This document shows positions 26,228 to 36,100 of a stretch of 64,000 nt of DNA, in pieces. The notes beneath the pieces were generated by a model. The model was not told the DNA's origin, searched no databases, and was given only the letters and a program-made list of their open reading frames with translations. Source of the stretch: Candidatus Woesebacteria bacterium RBG_13_46_13. Its GTDB lineage: Bacteria; Patescibacteriota; Microgenomatia; UBA8517. The stretch covers positions 14,880 through 78,879 of the forward strand of contig MGFR01000001.1 of NCBI GenBank assembly GCA_001791995.1, in the 5' to 3' direction. Each line of letters begins with the position of its first letter. Position 1 is the stretch's first letter. Both the position numbers and the translations under genes were made by a program.

Positions 26228-26897
26228 TCTTTTCTGGACCATGGTCGTGGAAAGCCTGGATAAAGGCCACTATTCGGGCCTCATCTACAGATTCCAGTCT
26301 GTCTATCCTCCCCCAGGCTGTTAGGGCCAGGGCGGTATCCATGCCCACTCTGGGGGTCACTATCACCAGCTTGGCTACCTTTGTAAACTCCGAAAGCCTG
26401 CTAACCAGCACCTTACAACTCTCCGTATTGAAGGATTCCGGGAGCGCAACTTCCTTCTCGGGAGGGTTGGCTGGTGTAAACCAACTTATATCCCCTACCG
26501 GCTGGACCTTCATATGCTTTAACAGTTCCCCACTGTCAGTAGACTGGGTAACCGGTTCGTCGTGGGCATATGCCCTGCCGACCGCAAAAGGGCTATATCC
26601 GGAACTTAATTTGGAGCAGTCATACCAAATAACGACGTAGCCGTGTTCCATGGAGTGAATAAAGTAGCCATCGGAAATAAGCCTGTCGTAGACTCCCGGC
26701 TTGGCCCAAACGGCAAAATGCGGGCCCGACGTGGGCGGGTTGGAATTATAGTCAACACCGGCAATATCGGTTACATGATCCCTGCTCAAGGAAGGAACCG
26801 CCTGGCCGGGCAGCGGTTTGGTGACCAATTTATAGATTCCGTAGGAGGCCAAAACAATTACCAAGAAAAACACAAATACGATTTGTCTTTTGCGCAT
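26217..26897 (-). CDS. DUF3105-like membrane-anchored protein
   Basis: N-terminal TM helix, with SGPH and HSMEHGYVVIWY (HxxEHG) motifs. Confidence 0.65.
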   Translation of the reverse strand: MRKRQIVFVFFLVIVLASYGIYKLVTKPLPGQAVPSLSRDHVTDIAGVDYNSNPPTSGPHFAVWAKPGVYDRLISDGYFIHSMEHGYVVIWYDCSKLSSGYSPFAVGRAYAHDEPVTQSTDSGELLKHMKVQPVGDISWFTPANPPEKEVALPESFNTESCKVLVSRLSEFTKVAKLVIVTPRVGMDTALALTAWGRIDRLESVDEARIVAFIQAFHDHGPEKTME

Positions 26898-26907
26898 TTC
26901 AAATACC

Positions 26908-27438
26908 CTACAGCAAAAACGCGAAGATTAAAAGTAGTGCCAGATTTGCCAGCCAATACTGTTTCTCCCTGCCCTCGAGGATGAGCGGAAAATTTCTAAA
27001 CCAGGTCGCAAGATTCCCCGTCTGGGTCAGATCCACGATTTGATCAACCAGCATATGCAGCAGAAAAGCCAAAACCAAACCCCTGCCCAAAATGCTTCCC
27101 GAGGAGGTTAAAACCCAAAAAGCCAAGACCGTAAAAATAAGCTGAAAGGTGGCGGTATGAAAGATAATTTTGGTTCTTTCGTACCTGGTTTCCGCCAAAA
27201 GCTGGAGTGTGGCCAGAATGTTTTTCCTATCCAGCATTGAGCTTGCCCTTTGCGAAGAAAGCTCATAGGGTCTTAAGAAAAAGATATATATAAAATGGTC
27301 GACATCGGGCAGAATCGTTCCCAGTATTCCACCTACCCAAAAAGGCCAGAAGGAAAGATCCAGATAGCCTTTGATTAAGGAGACAAAGATTAAAAAGGAG
27401 ATTAAAAAGGCAAAATGGATGAAAATTTCTTTCTTCAT
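26908..27438 (-). CDS. Membrane protein, possible membrane-bound metal-dependent hydrolase (YdjM-like)
   Basis: 176 aa, 4-5 TM segments, His-rich motifs HFIYIFF and LLHMLVDQIVD. Confidence 0.5.
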   Translation of the reverse strand: MKKEIFIHFAFLISFLIFVSLIKGYLDLSFWPFWVGGILGTILPDVDHFIYIFFLRPYELSSQRASSMLDRKNILATLQLLAETRYERTKIIFHTATFQLIFTVLAFWVLTSSGSILGRGLVLAFLLHMLVDQIVDLTQTGNLATWFRNFPLILEGREKQYWLANLALLLIFAFLL

Positions 27439-27464
27439 TGGCAGGATAAACTCATTTTACACTA

Positions 27465-27740
27465 TTACCTAATTTCAAAATCAGAAAATTCACCCGTTGC
27501 TTTTTCGAAAACTACGTCGACGTGGATAACCTTGGCCAACCTGGGTCCAGCCTGGCAACTTTTAACCATTTCTTTTACTTTTCCTTTAGAGCCTTCCAAA
27601 ACCGCTTCGACCTTGCCGTCCGCAAGATTACTAACCCAACCAGTTAATGTTAATTCTTGGGAGCGTTTTTTGGTCCAATCACGAAAAAATACTCCCTGGA
27701 CCCTACCCTCTACATAGAGATGTGCCCTTATGGAGTCCAT
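27465..27740 (-). CDS. acyP: Acylphosphatase
   Basis: VQGVFFR signature and GWVSNLADGKVE. 91 aa. Confidence 0.85.
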   Translation of the reverse strand: MDSIRAHLYVEGRVQGVFFRDWTKKRSQELTLTGWVSNLADGKVEAVLEGSKGKVKEMVKSCQAGPRLAKVIHVDVVFEKATGEFSDFEIR

Positions 27741-28027
27741 AAATGTTTTTTCAAATCAACTTCCCCCTTTTTGTTAAATGTCACACCCTCTTTTAGGAGT
27801 CTGATTTTTTGTTCTTTCTCTCCATCAAAAGCAAAATTGGCGGCAAGCCCACCTTTTCTGTTCACCACCCTGTGGCAGGGAGTGCCCTCGTCGCGGTTGG
27901 CATGTAGCGCCCAGCCCACCCTTCTGGCATCTTTTGTTCCCAACATCTCGGCAATCTGACCGTAGGTGGCAACCTTGCCTTTGGGGATTTTCTTCACTAT
28001 TTGATAGATCTTCTCAAAAAAAGCCAT
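27728..28027 (-). CDS. Methylated-DNA-protein-cysteine methyltransferase DNA-binding domain protein (MGMT/Ogt C-terminal-domain-only)
   Basis: VATYGQIA HTH and PCHRVV active-site motif. 99 aa. Confidence 0.75.
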   Translation of the reverse strand: MAFFEKIYQIVKKIPKGKVATYGQIAEMLGTKDARRVGWALHANRDEGTPCHRVVNRKGGLAANFAFDGEKEQKIRLLKEGVTFNKKGEVDLKKHLWTP

Positions 28028-29004
28028 TAATCGCTAAATACCTGAACAAACATTTTTCCGTAAAAACCGTTGTCGATTACCCCGATTCCTACTTTTTTAA
28101 ATTTGGCCTCAAGGATGTTTGCTCTGTGGCCCGGTGAATTTAACAACCCGTTCATGGCCGTTACAACCGTTGGGGCCAAAGCCAGGTTCTCTCCGGCAAA
28201 ACCATAGTCTATCCTGGCCTTGTTCAGCCTGTCCCCGACATCGTCTCCTTCCGGGGAAACGTGCCCAAAATAGTGCCGAACCCACATATCGGCGGCGTGT
28301 TTGCGGGCAACCACCACTATCTCCACCGACCAGGCAAGTGGCGCTACCCCGTTTTTGGCCCGTTCAGCATTTACCAAGGAAAACATTTCGCTCTCGCTTT
28401 TCTCGTCATCCTTAAGGGTTCCGACTACACTATTTAAAGTAATCCTCTCCCGGCTACCCGGCTTGACGGTCAGGTAGGTTAAGGAATCCTCGATTACTCC
28501 CCCGAAGACTTCGTTAATCGCGGTCTCCACGTTTGAGGTTTTGTTAAGAATCAAGCTCCCGATTTTTGATTTGGCGATATCGGTTTTTAACGACGGCTTA
28601 ATGGGAAGGCCTAACGCCAGGGTCAAAAGAAAGGCAATCAAGACGAGTCCTTCCCCCAGGGCCGGAATAACTGCCAGAACTTTGTTCAGCCTGCCTTTCC
28701 AATACTTCTTGGGAATTCTGACTATCAAATGCGCCAAAACAAATCCCAAAACACCCTCGATCACTATTGCCGAAACCAAAAAACCCAAAGCATTGGCAAC
28801 CGAATGAGGCAGGGAAAAATTCGAACGCAAAATCTCGGCGCCAAACTTATACGTTCGCAGTGAAATTACCAAGGACCCCAAGAAAGCCGCAAAGTCCGCC
28901 AGAATAACCCAAAAACCGTGTCGGATGGCCTCGCTGGCGAAATAAACAAGAACGACAGCTATTATTAAGTCTATATAGTTGGCCCCCAGGGAAGGCAGAT
29001 TCAT
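28027..29004 (-). CDS. CvpA-like membrane domain fused to a CAP/SCP (PR-1-like) extracellular domain
   Basis: Four N-terminal TM segments. The C-terminal domain carries CAP motifs (HYFGHVSPEG, GENLA, SPGHRANIL). Confidence 0.7.
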   Translation of the reverse strand: MNLPSLGANYIDLIIAVVLVYFASEAIRHGFWVILADFAAFLGSLVISLRTYKFGAEILRSNFSLPHSVANALGFLVSAIVIEGVLGFVLAHLIVRIPKKYWKGRLNKVLAVIPALGEGLVLIAFLLTLALGLPIKPSLKTDIAKSKIGSLILNKTSNVETAINEVFGGVIEDSLTYLTVKPGSRERITLNSVVGTLKDDEKSESEMFSLVNAERAKNGVAPLAWSVEIVVVARKHAADMWVRHYFGHVSPEGDDVGDRLNKARIDYGFAGENLALAPTVVTAMNGLLNSPGHRANILEAKFKKVGIGVIDNGFYGKMFVQVFSD

Positions 29005-29279
29005 TTGGATTTCTTAAGTTTAGCTTCTTCTTTTAATTGGGCAAGTTTCCACATAAAAAGACGCGGCCGCGACTTTACCTGATATGCATCTTTAACGAAG
29101 TTCCTCGCGGTTTCAAGAAAGCCTCTCGAGTTGGTTTTGGCCAGCTTGATATATAAAGACTTGTTCTTTAAATCTCCGAGCTCTTTGGCAAGTTCATAGC
29201 CGTACTTTTGGAACTCGAAAGAGATGTATTTATCCTCGTCGGAATCAAACTTTTTTAAGATGTCGCTAATTTTTTGCAT
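29001..29279 (-). CDS. Hypothetical Lys-rich small protein
   Basis: 92-aa ORF with no motif. It overlaps the pth end by about 25 nt. Confidence 0.4.
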   Translation of the reverse strand: MQKISDILKKFDSDEDKYISFEFQKYGYELAKELGDLKNKSLYIKLAKTNSRGFLETARNFVKDAYQVKSRPRLFMWKLAQLKEEAKLKKSK

Positions 29280-29728
29280 ATTTCCTGGCTTACCTTATCC
29301 AGAATATTCTTCTCTTCTTGGCTAAAATCCTGCAAAACATATTCCTCTCCAGTTGTCCTGTCGTTTGGATTTCGATTATCAACCCCAACTCTTACTCTCC
29401 AGAACTCGTCCGACCCCAATTCCCTTTCTATGGAGTTGACCCCGTTATGAAGTTTGGGGCCTTTGCCTTTCTGGATTTTAAAGCTTCCCAGGGGGATATC
29501 CAAATCATCATGAATGACCCATAAATCCGATGTGTTTGTGTGGTATTGTTCAACTAATCCCTTCACAAATAGACCCGAGTCGTTCATAAACGAGTTACAC
29601 TTTTTTACCATAAAATCGCCAACTGGAGATTTTGCAAGGAAGGCTTCGACAACCATATATCCAACATTGTGGCGGTTGTTTTTGTATTTATCCCCGGGGT
29701 TACCGAGTCCGACAATCAGTTTTTGCAT
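29255..29728 (-). CDS. pth: Peptidyl-tRNA hydrolase
   Basis: MQKLIVGLGNPGDKYKNNRHNVGYMVV N-terminal signature. The track ORF extends to 29761; the start is probably the Met at 29728. Confidence 0.85.
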   Translation of the reverse strand: MQKLIVGLGNPGDKYKNNRHNVGYMVVEAFLAKSPVGDFMVKKCNSFMNDSGLFVKGLVEQYHTNTSDLWVIHDDLDIPLGSFKIQKGKGPKLHNGVNSIERELGSDEFWRVRVGVDNRNPNDRTTGEEYVLQDFSQEEKNILDKVSQEICKKLATS

Positions 29729-29764
29729 TTCCTCTTGTATCTTAATATCTTGGCAGCCCAATAT

Positions 29765-30385
29765 CTACTCCTCAACGAAGGGCACGAAGTGAAAGATGCC
29801 GTATTGTTTTTTGATAATCTTTTTGCCCCTTTTACTGTACTTTATCATCACCTTATCCATTCCCCTACCAACGGGTGCTACCAATACTCCCCCGTCTTTA
29901 AGTTGTCTAAAAAGCTCCTCCGGCACCCACTCCAGCCCGGCCGTTACCAGAATGGCATCATATGGAGCCTCTTGGTTCCACCCGTACTCTCCACTCCCCG
30001 TTTTTACCTCAACGTTTTTATAACCCAATCGTCTGAGCCTTTTCCTGGCCTCTCGGGATAACGCATCGATTCTTTCAACGGTAAACACTTTTCCGGCCAG
30101 AAGTGATAACAGTGCCGCCTGATAACCGGAGCCTGTTCCAACCTCCAAAACTTTTTCGTCTCCTTTTAAACCCAAGAGATCGGTCATAAAGGCAACCGTA
30201 TAGGGCTGGGAGATTGTCTGCCCGTGGCCAATGGGAACGGGGCCGTCGGAATAGGCAATTTTACGAAATTTGTCTGCAATAAATTCCTCACGGGGAATAC
30301 GAAGCATAGCGGCAAGAACCTGGGGAGATTTAAGGCCATACTTTTCCCTAATCTCTCCGACCATCATCTCCCCCTTACGATTCAT
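29765..30385 (-). CDS. pcm: Protein-L-isoaspartate O-methyltransferase
   Basis: SAM motif VLEVGTGSGYQAALLS, and the ISQPYTVAFM motif. Confidence 0.85.
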   Translation of the reverse strand: MNRKGEMMVGEIREKYGLKSPQVLAAMLRIPREEFIADKFRKIAYSDGPVPIGHGQTISQPYTVAFMTDLLGLKGDEKVLEVGTGSGYQAALLSLLAGKVFTVERIDALSREARKRLRRLGYKNVEVKTGSGEYGWNQEAPYDAILVTAGLEWVPEELFRQLKDGGVLVAPVGRGMDKVMIKYSKRGKKIIKKQYGIFHFVPFVEE

Positions 30386-30394
30386 CCTAAAAAA

Positions 30395-30712
30395 TTACAC
30401 TTTCTTTACAAGATTCTTGGCGATTTTCCCAAGAACAGGAACCGACCACTCCTCACCTTGCCAAGCTTTGTAAATAAGAATCAACCAAAGGACGAAGCTT
30501 ACTATACCGATTATCGGTACCAAAGGAAGCAAGATTATCGTAAAGCCCAATATCCACTGCAGGATGAAAAGCCCTACAAAGACCACGGTAGACTGCATAG
30601 CGTGGAAGCGTACGAAAGGATCTTTATCGATAATCAAGAAAATTATTCCGGTGATTGGACCCAAGACGTAAGCAAGCGCTCCTGCCGTGGTTTTTTTAAG
30701 TCCAGATGCCAT
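30395..30712 (-). CDS. Small membrane protein (DUF4870-like)
   Basis: 105 aa with 3 TM segments. Confidence 0.5.
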   Translation of the reverse strand: MASGLKKTTAGALAYVLGPITGIIFLIIDKDPFVRFHAMQSTVVFVGLFILQWILGFTIILLPLVPIIGIVSFVLWLILIYKAWQGEEWSVPVLGKIAKNLVKKV

Positions 30713-30772
30713 TATTTATCACCCCCTATTCCACTTTCATGATTTCAGAAAGAGAGGGGGCTGTCAAGCAAA

Positions 30773-32077
30773 TCAAAATAGCATTCCCTGATCGGTATCA
30801 TCCTCTACCACCTCTTCCTCTTCTTTCCAAATCTTAACCTTCCCGAATACCCCGTCGTATCCGGGTGCAATGGTAATATCCCCGCTTCTGACTTTGGCAA
30901 TCGCTTCCGAAACTCTCTCCCCTGCCACCCTTTCGATGTCGGCTAAGGACGAGCTCAGAAGTGTGGAAAATTCGCTGCCGCAAGAGGCAATCAGCTGTTC
31001 ATAGACCAAGAGTACCTTTTGGCTACCCACTCCCGACTCAAGCGCTTCGGCCAATATCTCCAGAAGCGGTACCAGCATGACATATGGAGGTCTTTTGCCT
31101 TCTTTATCTCCTATCCACCTCACCCCGTACTTATCGAACCAGCTTTTGGTCTCGACATCCCCCGTTGCCAGCGCTTCTACTCGGCTAGACACCCCCAGGG
31201 TCAGCTCCCTACCGCAAACGGGGCAGACTGTACCCAGCTTCCTGGCTTCGTTGGGAGAATAAACCACCTTGCAGTTTCGGTGACCCGTATAGTGGTATTT
31301 GCCCTCTTCGGGGTAAAACTCGATAGTGTAGGCGATTTTTTCTTCGGCCTGACCGCTAATCGCTTTACGGATATTCTCGAAGCTGACGGTGCTTAGATCG
31401 AATACGGTTGCCTCTCGGCCGAGTTTACTCGGGGAATGTGCATCCGAAAAAGAAACTATTCTGCGATTTGTAAGCTCGCCTACCCTCCAATTCATTGCCG
31501 GATCGGATGAAAGGCCGGTTTCTATCGCATAGATATTCGGGGAAAGCTCCTCAAAACACTCCTCAATGCTGTCAAAGCCCGACATGGCCCCGTAGATGGA
31601 AAAATGGGGCGTCCAGGCGTGGGCCGGGATTATTAGGCACTTTTCATCCACCCCCAGGGCAATCTCCGCGACATTCTTGGCCGTTAAGCCCACTATCGGC
31701 CTGCCGTCGGAGAGCAGATTTGCCCCCCGTAAAACCAGTTCCCGGTTAATTTTTTCAACAACCGTAAAGCTTGGGGCAAAAACTAGGGTGTGTACTCGTC
31801 TGCCCCGACCGCCTTGGGTGTAAATTGAGCTGATCTCGGTTGAAAGTAAAAAGTTGGGTGCATACTCGCCGGCATCTTTAGCCCGATATATTCCCTGGCC
31901 GATCTCATCCAGACTGGCCTGAAGCTCTCTCAGCCAAATGGGGTGGGTCCAATCCCCCGTTGCCACCAGGTCTATGCCTTTTTTTCCGGCCCACTCCGAG
32001 ATAACCGAGACCGTCATCTGTGGTGAAACCGCCCGGGAAAAACGCGAGTGAATTTGGAGATCAGCCAATACCTGCAT
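30773..32077 (-). CDS. PHP-domain protein with a C-terminal zinc ribbon, endonuclease Q-like
   Basis: N-terminus ADLQIHSRFSRA (PHP His motif). Length about 430 aa. C-terminal CPVCGRELTLG. The architecture matches EndoQ / TIGR00375. Confidence 0.55.
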   Translation of the reverse strand: MQVLADLQIHSRFSRAVSPQMTVSVISEWAGKKGIDLVATGDWTHPIWLRELQASLDEIGQGIYRAKDAGEYAPNFLLSTEISSIYTQGGRGRRVHTLVFAPSFTVVEKINRELVLRGANLLSDGRPIVGLTAKNVAEIALGVDEKCLIIPAHAWTPHFSIYGAMSGFDSIEECFEELSPNIYAIETGLSSDPAMNWRVGELTNRRIVSFSDAHSPSKLGREATVFDLSTVSFENIRKAISGQAEEKIAYTIEFYPEEGKYHYTGHRNCKVVYSPNEARKLGTVCPVCGRELTLGVSSRVEALATGDVETKSWFDKYGVRWIGDKEGKRPPYVMLVPLLEILAEALESGVGSQKVLLVYEQLIASCGSEFSTLLSSSLADIERVAGERVSEAIAKVRSGDITIAPGYDGVFGKVKIWKEEEEVVEDDTDQGMLF

Positions 32078-32095
32078 TGTGCAGGCATTGTAGCA

Positions 32096-33073
32096 TCAGA
32101 AGAATTCCGCGACAACAAAGCCGATATAAAGAAGGAGCAATATCCCCGCCTCCCAGCGATCGAGTCTCAATTTACTTCTCACAAAGAACCAAAATGTCAA
32201 AAAGACCACTACAAAAGCGGCTGCTGCTATTGAAACTTCTTTTACGGCAACAACCTCGATGGGATAAATCGTGGCCGCCATTCCCAGTATCAAGGTTGAG
32301 TTGGCAATTATCGAACCCAATAGGTTGCCGAGAAACATGGTAGGCTCCTTGTCTTCCAGGCTCCTGATGGAAAAAGCCAGCTCGGGCAGAGTTGTACCGA
32401 CCGAAAGCAATATTAAACCAACCAGAAATATGGGAAAGTTAGAAATTATCGCAATCTCTTTGGCAACTTTAACGATGACATCGGCTGAAAAGATAAGCAG
32501 GGCAACGCCGATAAAGAGTTTGGCAAATTCTCGAGCCTTATGAATATCCATTTGCGGATTGGTAAAATTCCTCAGGAACCGATGAACATAACCTTCTTTT
32601 CTGTGCTGATGTGCGATCTGCAAAAAACGCTCTTTAAAGAAACTTGTCACATAGGCGCCATAGACAGCCAGCAGAATCAAGCCGTCAACTCTGCTAAGAC
32701 TCCCGTCTATGAGCATGACCAGCGGAATAATTCCGGCAACCAGAGCAATCCCTACTTCCCTTCTGATAAACTCGCTGTGAACATTGACTCGACCGATGAT
32801 AAACGCGGAAAGGCCGGCAACGAGAGTAATGTTGGCAATGTTTGCGCCAAGCACGTTGCCCAAAGACAGATGCGGCGCTTCCTCAAGGGCGGAGGTTATT
32901 CCCACGAACAGCTCGGGAAAAGAAGTGGCCATGGCCAGAAGAACCGCGGACAAAGCAAATACTTTGGTATGTGTTTCGACACTCAATCTCTTTAGAGACA
33001 CAACCACAATATCAGCTGACCTAATCAGAAGAAGAACAAACAGAAAAAATAAAATTACCAAACCCGGTATCAT
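32096..33073 (-). CDS. Na+/Ca2+ exchanger (CaCA family) membrane protein
   Basis: Two alpha-repeat motifs, GNVLGANIANITLVAGL and GNLLGSIIANSTLILG. About 10 TM segments. Confidence 0.8.
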   Translation of the reverse strand: MIPGLVILFFLFVLLLIRSADIVVVSLKRLSVETHTKVFALSAVLLAMATSFPELFVGITSALEEAPHLSLGNVLGANIANITLVAGLSAFIIGRVNVHSEFIRREVGIALVAGIIPLVMLIDGSLSRVDGLILLAVYGAYVTSFFKERFLQIAHQHRKEGYVHRFLRNFTNPQMDIHKAREFAKLFIGVALLIFSADVIVKVAKEIAIISNFPIFLVGLILLSVGTTLPELAFSIRSLEDKEPTMFLGNLLGSIIANSTLILGMAATIYPIEVVAVKEVSIAAAAFVVVFLTFWFFVRSKLRLDRWEAGILLLLYIGFVVAEFF

Positions 33074-34791
33074 TTTTTCGACAGAGACTTCTGCATTTCA
33101 AACAAGGTATTTAGTTCTGTAATGGAAGTTGCCTGCTCAGGGGACTTCTCGTCCCTGAAACGGATCAGCCGGGGAAACCTCAGGGCCAACCCGGCGGTAT
33201 GGATGGGGCTACGGGTTATCTCGTCGGCCAAAATCTCCACAACCAAAGACGGCTTGACCCACGCATCCGGAGTCAGATTCTTGGGTACCTCATATTCTTT
33301 AGGTCTATCCTTTATCTTAAGACTCCTGGCTCTTTTGTCCATTTCCCGCCACTGCTCATCCGTTAAGCCCGTTCCTATCTTGGAAACGGACAAAAACCTG
33401 GTACCCTCCTTTACCCCTACCAAAAATGCGCCAGCCCCGAAACCGGCTCTTTTGCCCCGACCTTTATATATTCCCAGCACCAAACAATCGACGGTATCCG
33501 CCAGACCACCTTCCGTGGTTTTTTTGTATTTGACCCAATGGTAGCCCCTACCCCCGGCTTTATAGGGGGCATCAATCTTTTTAATCAGAGCCCCCTCCAA
33601 ACCCTCCGCCAAGTATTTTTTGATCAGGTCCCGGATGACCTCTGCCGAGGCAACCTTCTCCTGCCGGGTGATCTCGATCGCCTCCCCTGCTTCGGGGATT
33701 ACCCCCTCAAGAGTCTTTCGCCTTTGGTCAAAAGGGACATTGAGAAAGCTTTTGCCGTTGAGATAAAGGACGTCAAAGATAAAAAGTTTGAGGGGGAAAT
33801 CCTTGACCGCCTGCTCGATGCCGTGTTTTCTCTTCCTCTGAACCGTTTCCTGAAAAGGCAGGAATCTCTTGCTCTTGGGTTCATAACCGATTGCCTCACC
33901 GTCGAAAATCGCGTTTTTGACCTTTAAACCTTTGGCGGCTGCCACCAAATCGGGAAACATCGGGGTAGTGTTTTCCAAATTCCTGGAGAAGATGGCTACG
34001 GTTTTTGCCCCGTCTTGCTCGTAAATATGCACTTGGGACCTAAACCCGTCGTATTTGGGTTCAACGTAGACCTCGCGGCCGACCTTTTCCAGTATTTTCT
34101 CGGCCGAGGGCAGCCTCTCCGCCAAAGAGGGTCTAATCGGGGTCCCGGGCTCTGGAACAATCGCCTCAAGGGAGGATAGCCCCCGGGCTTTGACTTTTTG
34201 GGCAATTTTGCCGATATCGGCCGTGACGTTGAAAGCGTGTTCGATCTCAACCCGGGCACCTTTGTCGCCCTTAACCATATAAGAAAGGGCATCCAGAATC
34301 GTCATGTCGGAAAAACCGAGCCTGAGCTTGCCGACGGGAATTCTGGCCACGAATCTGGCGCTTAAGGGATCTAGCTCTCCCAAGAGTTTTGCGGTTCCGC
34401 TGACCTTTCTTTCCTGGCTACCCGCACCTGCCTCCCTGGCAATTTCCATTAGCTTGTCATAGACAGCACTCACACTTAAGGCACCTCCGTCGGCGATGGC
34501 CAAACTCTGGGCAACATTACCCAAATCACCCATCTGTTTGTATAAGGCTTTGACTTTATTGATATCCTCGTCGTAGGCCTGGGCAATAACTCTCAACATC
34601 ATCCTCTCGGCGATATTTAGGGTTATGGCCATGTAGTTGGGTGCCAGCTGCCCCAAAAGCAGATAGATAACCTTGTCTATTTCTTCCTTGTCTGCGGTTT
34701 TGAAAAGTTGGGATAGTATCTGGGTGATTTCGTTTCTCGAAGCAGTTTTTTCTAGTTTGTCCAGGTATTGGGAGAGTGCTTTGAAAGTCAT
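33070..34791 (-). CDS. ATP-dependent DNA ligase
   Basis: KxDG motif EPKYDGFRSQVHI, plus an OB-fold and a DNA-binding domain. The track ORF extends to 34896; the start is probably MTFKALSQYLDKLE at 34791. Confidence 0.85.
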   Translation of the reverse strand: MTFKALSQYLDKLEKTASRNEITQILSQLFKTADKEEIDKVIYLLLGQLAPNYMAITLNIAERMMLRVIAQAYDEDINKVKALYKQMGDLGNVAQSLAIADGGALSVSAVYDKLMEIAREAGAGSQERKVSGTAKLLGELDPLSARFVARIPVGKLRLGFSDMTILDALSYMVKGDKGARVEIEHAFNVTADIGKIAQKVKARGLSSLEAIVPEPGTPIRPSLAERLPSAEKILEKVGREVYVEPKYDGFRSQVHIYEQDGAKTVAIFSRNLENTTPMFPDLVAAAKGLKVKNAIFDGEAIGYEPKSKRFLPFQETVQRKRKHGIEQAVKDFPLKLFIFDVLYLNGKSFLNVPFDQRRKTLEGVIPEAGEAIEITRQEKVASAEVIRDLIKKYLAEGLEGALIKKIDAPYKAGGRGYHWVKYKKTTEGGLADTVDCLVLGIYKGRGKRAGFGAGAFLVGVKEGTRFLSVSKIGTGLTDEQWREMDKRARSLKIKDRPKEYEVPKNLTPDAWVKPSLVVEILADEITRSPIHTAGLALRFPRLIRFRDEKSPEQATSITELNTLFEMQKSLSKK

Positions 34792-34796
34792 TCGGG

Positions 34797-35000
34797 TTAG
34801 CCTTTTTGTCCGAGATAGGTCGAAAAGAAAAGATAAGCAAAGACAACAACGGCCAGAAACATCAGTCCAAAAAGGATGCTGATGACCCCGCTCCACTCCT
34901 CGTGGATTATTTTGTTTAAGCCCTCACCAATTAAAGTCAGCCCGAAAAGCGAAGGCAAAACCAAAATCATATATAAAAATTGTGGGTCGGTTGCGCTCAT
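34797..35000 (-). CDS. Small 2-TM membrane protein
   Basis: 67-aa hydrophobic ORF between fic and the ligase. Confidence 0.35.
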   Translation of the reverse strand: MSATDPQFLYMILVLPSLFGLTLIGEGLNKIIHEEWSGVISILFGLMFLAVVVFAYLFFSTYLGQKG

Positions 35001-36061
35001 GTTCGTGCGATCACATACCTTGACGCCTTGGTGCTTCCTTCTTTTTTGATTATACCTTTATCCCAGAGGTCTTTAAGATCCCTTAAAACCGTGTCTTCCG
35101 AGACCATGGACAAAACTTTCTTGAGCTCCTGCATGTTGGCCGAACCTTGATCGCTAAGATATTCCACCAGCCTCATTTGACGCTCCGAAAGGGCTATCTG
35201 CTCACCGATCTTGACCTTCAAGCGTGTATCGATGGAAAGTTTTCTGACCCTCTCTTTTATTTTGGAGAGTTCAGCCGCCACAACCTGGGTAAAATACTCA
35301 AGCCAGGGGGTCAAATCCCTGGCCGCGATATTGCGAGACTGTTTATCCACCACCGAAAATGCCTGATAATAGCTTTCCGGGTCGCTGTCGAAGTGTTCCT
35401 CCAAAGAGAAAAATCTTTTAATGTTGTAGTTCTCGCGCATCAGAATTAAAGTGGCAAAAGCCCTGGCGCTTCTGCCGTTTCCCTCCACAAAGGGATGGAT
35501 CGCAACCAGGATATAGTGGGCAATCCCGGCCCTTAAGATGGGGTGGACCTCGAGTGCCCCCGGAGAATTAAGCCAGGCAAAAAAATCGTCAATCAAATAC
35601 GGCACTTCCACAAAGGGAGGCGGCTGAAAAATAATTTCCCCTGTCCCCTCCTCCTTAACTACCACCTGGCTGGTTCTGAATACTCCTATCTTTTCCTCGG
35701 CAACAATTTTATATACGGTAGTTTTATGAATATCTTTAAGCATCTCGGACTCATAACCCCCTCTTTTGACCGACAATTCCTCAAGTAGGGTTACCGCGTT
35801 GCGGTAGTTGACCACCTCCTGGATATCTCTGGCCCTGCCGTAAACCTCTTCTCCTTCCAGCACTTTCTTGGTCTGGATTAAGGTCAGGTCATTGCCCTCA
35901 ATATGGGTTCCGTGGTAAATGGTCCTGACGATGGCATCGGATTGAAATTGTTTTTCGAAAGAAGGAACCAGGGGCGCATTTTCGATAACTTCCTTGGCCG
36001 CCTCTATCTCGCCGATGCTCTTTAAGATTTTATTGGAGATTGCGAATTTGGGAGAATACAT
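34997..36061 (-). CDS. Fic/DOC-family protein (AMPylator-type) with a C-terminal winged helix
   Basis: Fic motif HPFVEGNGRSARAF, which matches HxFx(D/E)GNGRxxR. 354 aa. Confidence 0.85.
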   Translation of the reverse strand: MYSPKFAISNKILKSIGEIEAAKEVIENAPLVPSFEKQFQSDAIVRTIYHGTHIEGNDLTLIQTKKVLEGEEVYGRARDIQEVVNYRNAVTLLEELSVKRGGYESEMLKDIHKTTVYKIVAEEKIGVFRTSQVVVKEEGTGEIIFQPPPFVEVPYLIDDFFAWLNSPGALEVHPILRAGIAHYILVAIHPFVEGNGRSARAFATLILMRENYNIKRFFSLEEHFDSDPESYYQAFSVVDKQSRNIAARDLTPWLEYFTQVVAAELSKIKERVRKLSIDTRLKVKIGEQIALSERQMRLVEYLSDQGSANMQELKKVLSMVSEDTVLRDLKDLWDKGIIKKEGSTKASRYVIART

Positions 36062-36100
36062 GGCAATCTAATTATCGCAATTTTTGCGGAAAAAACAAGG

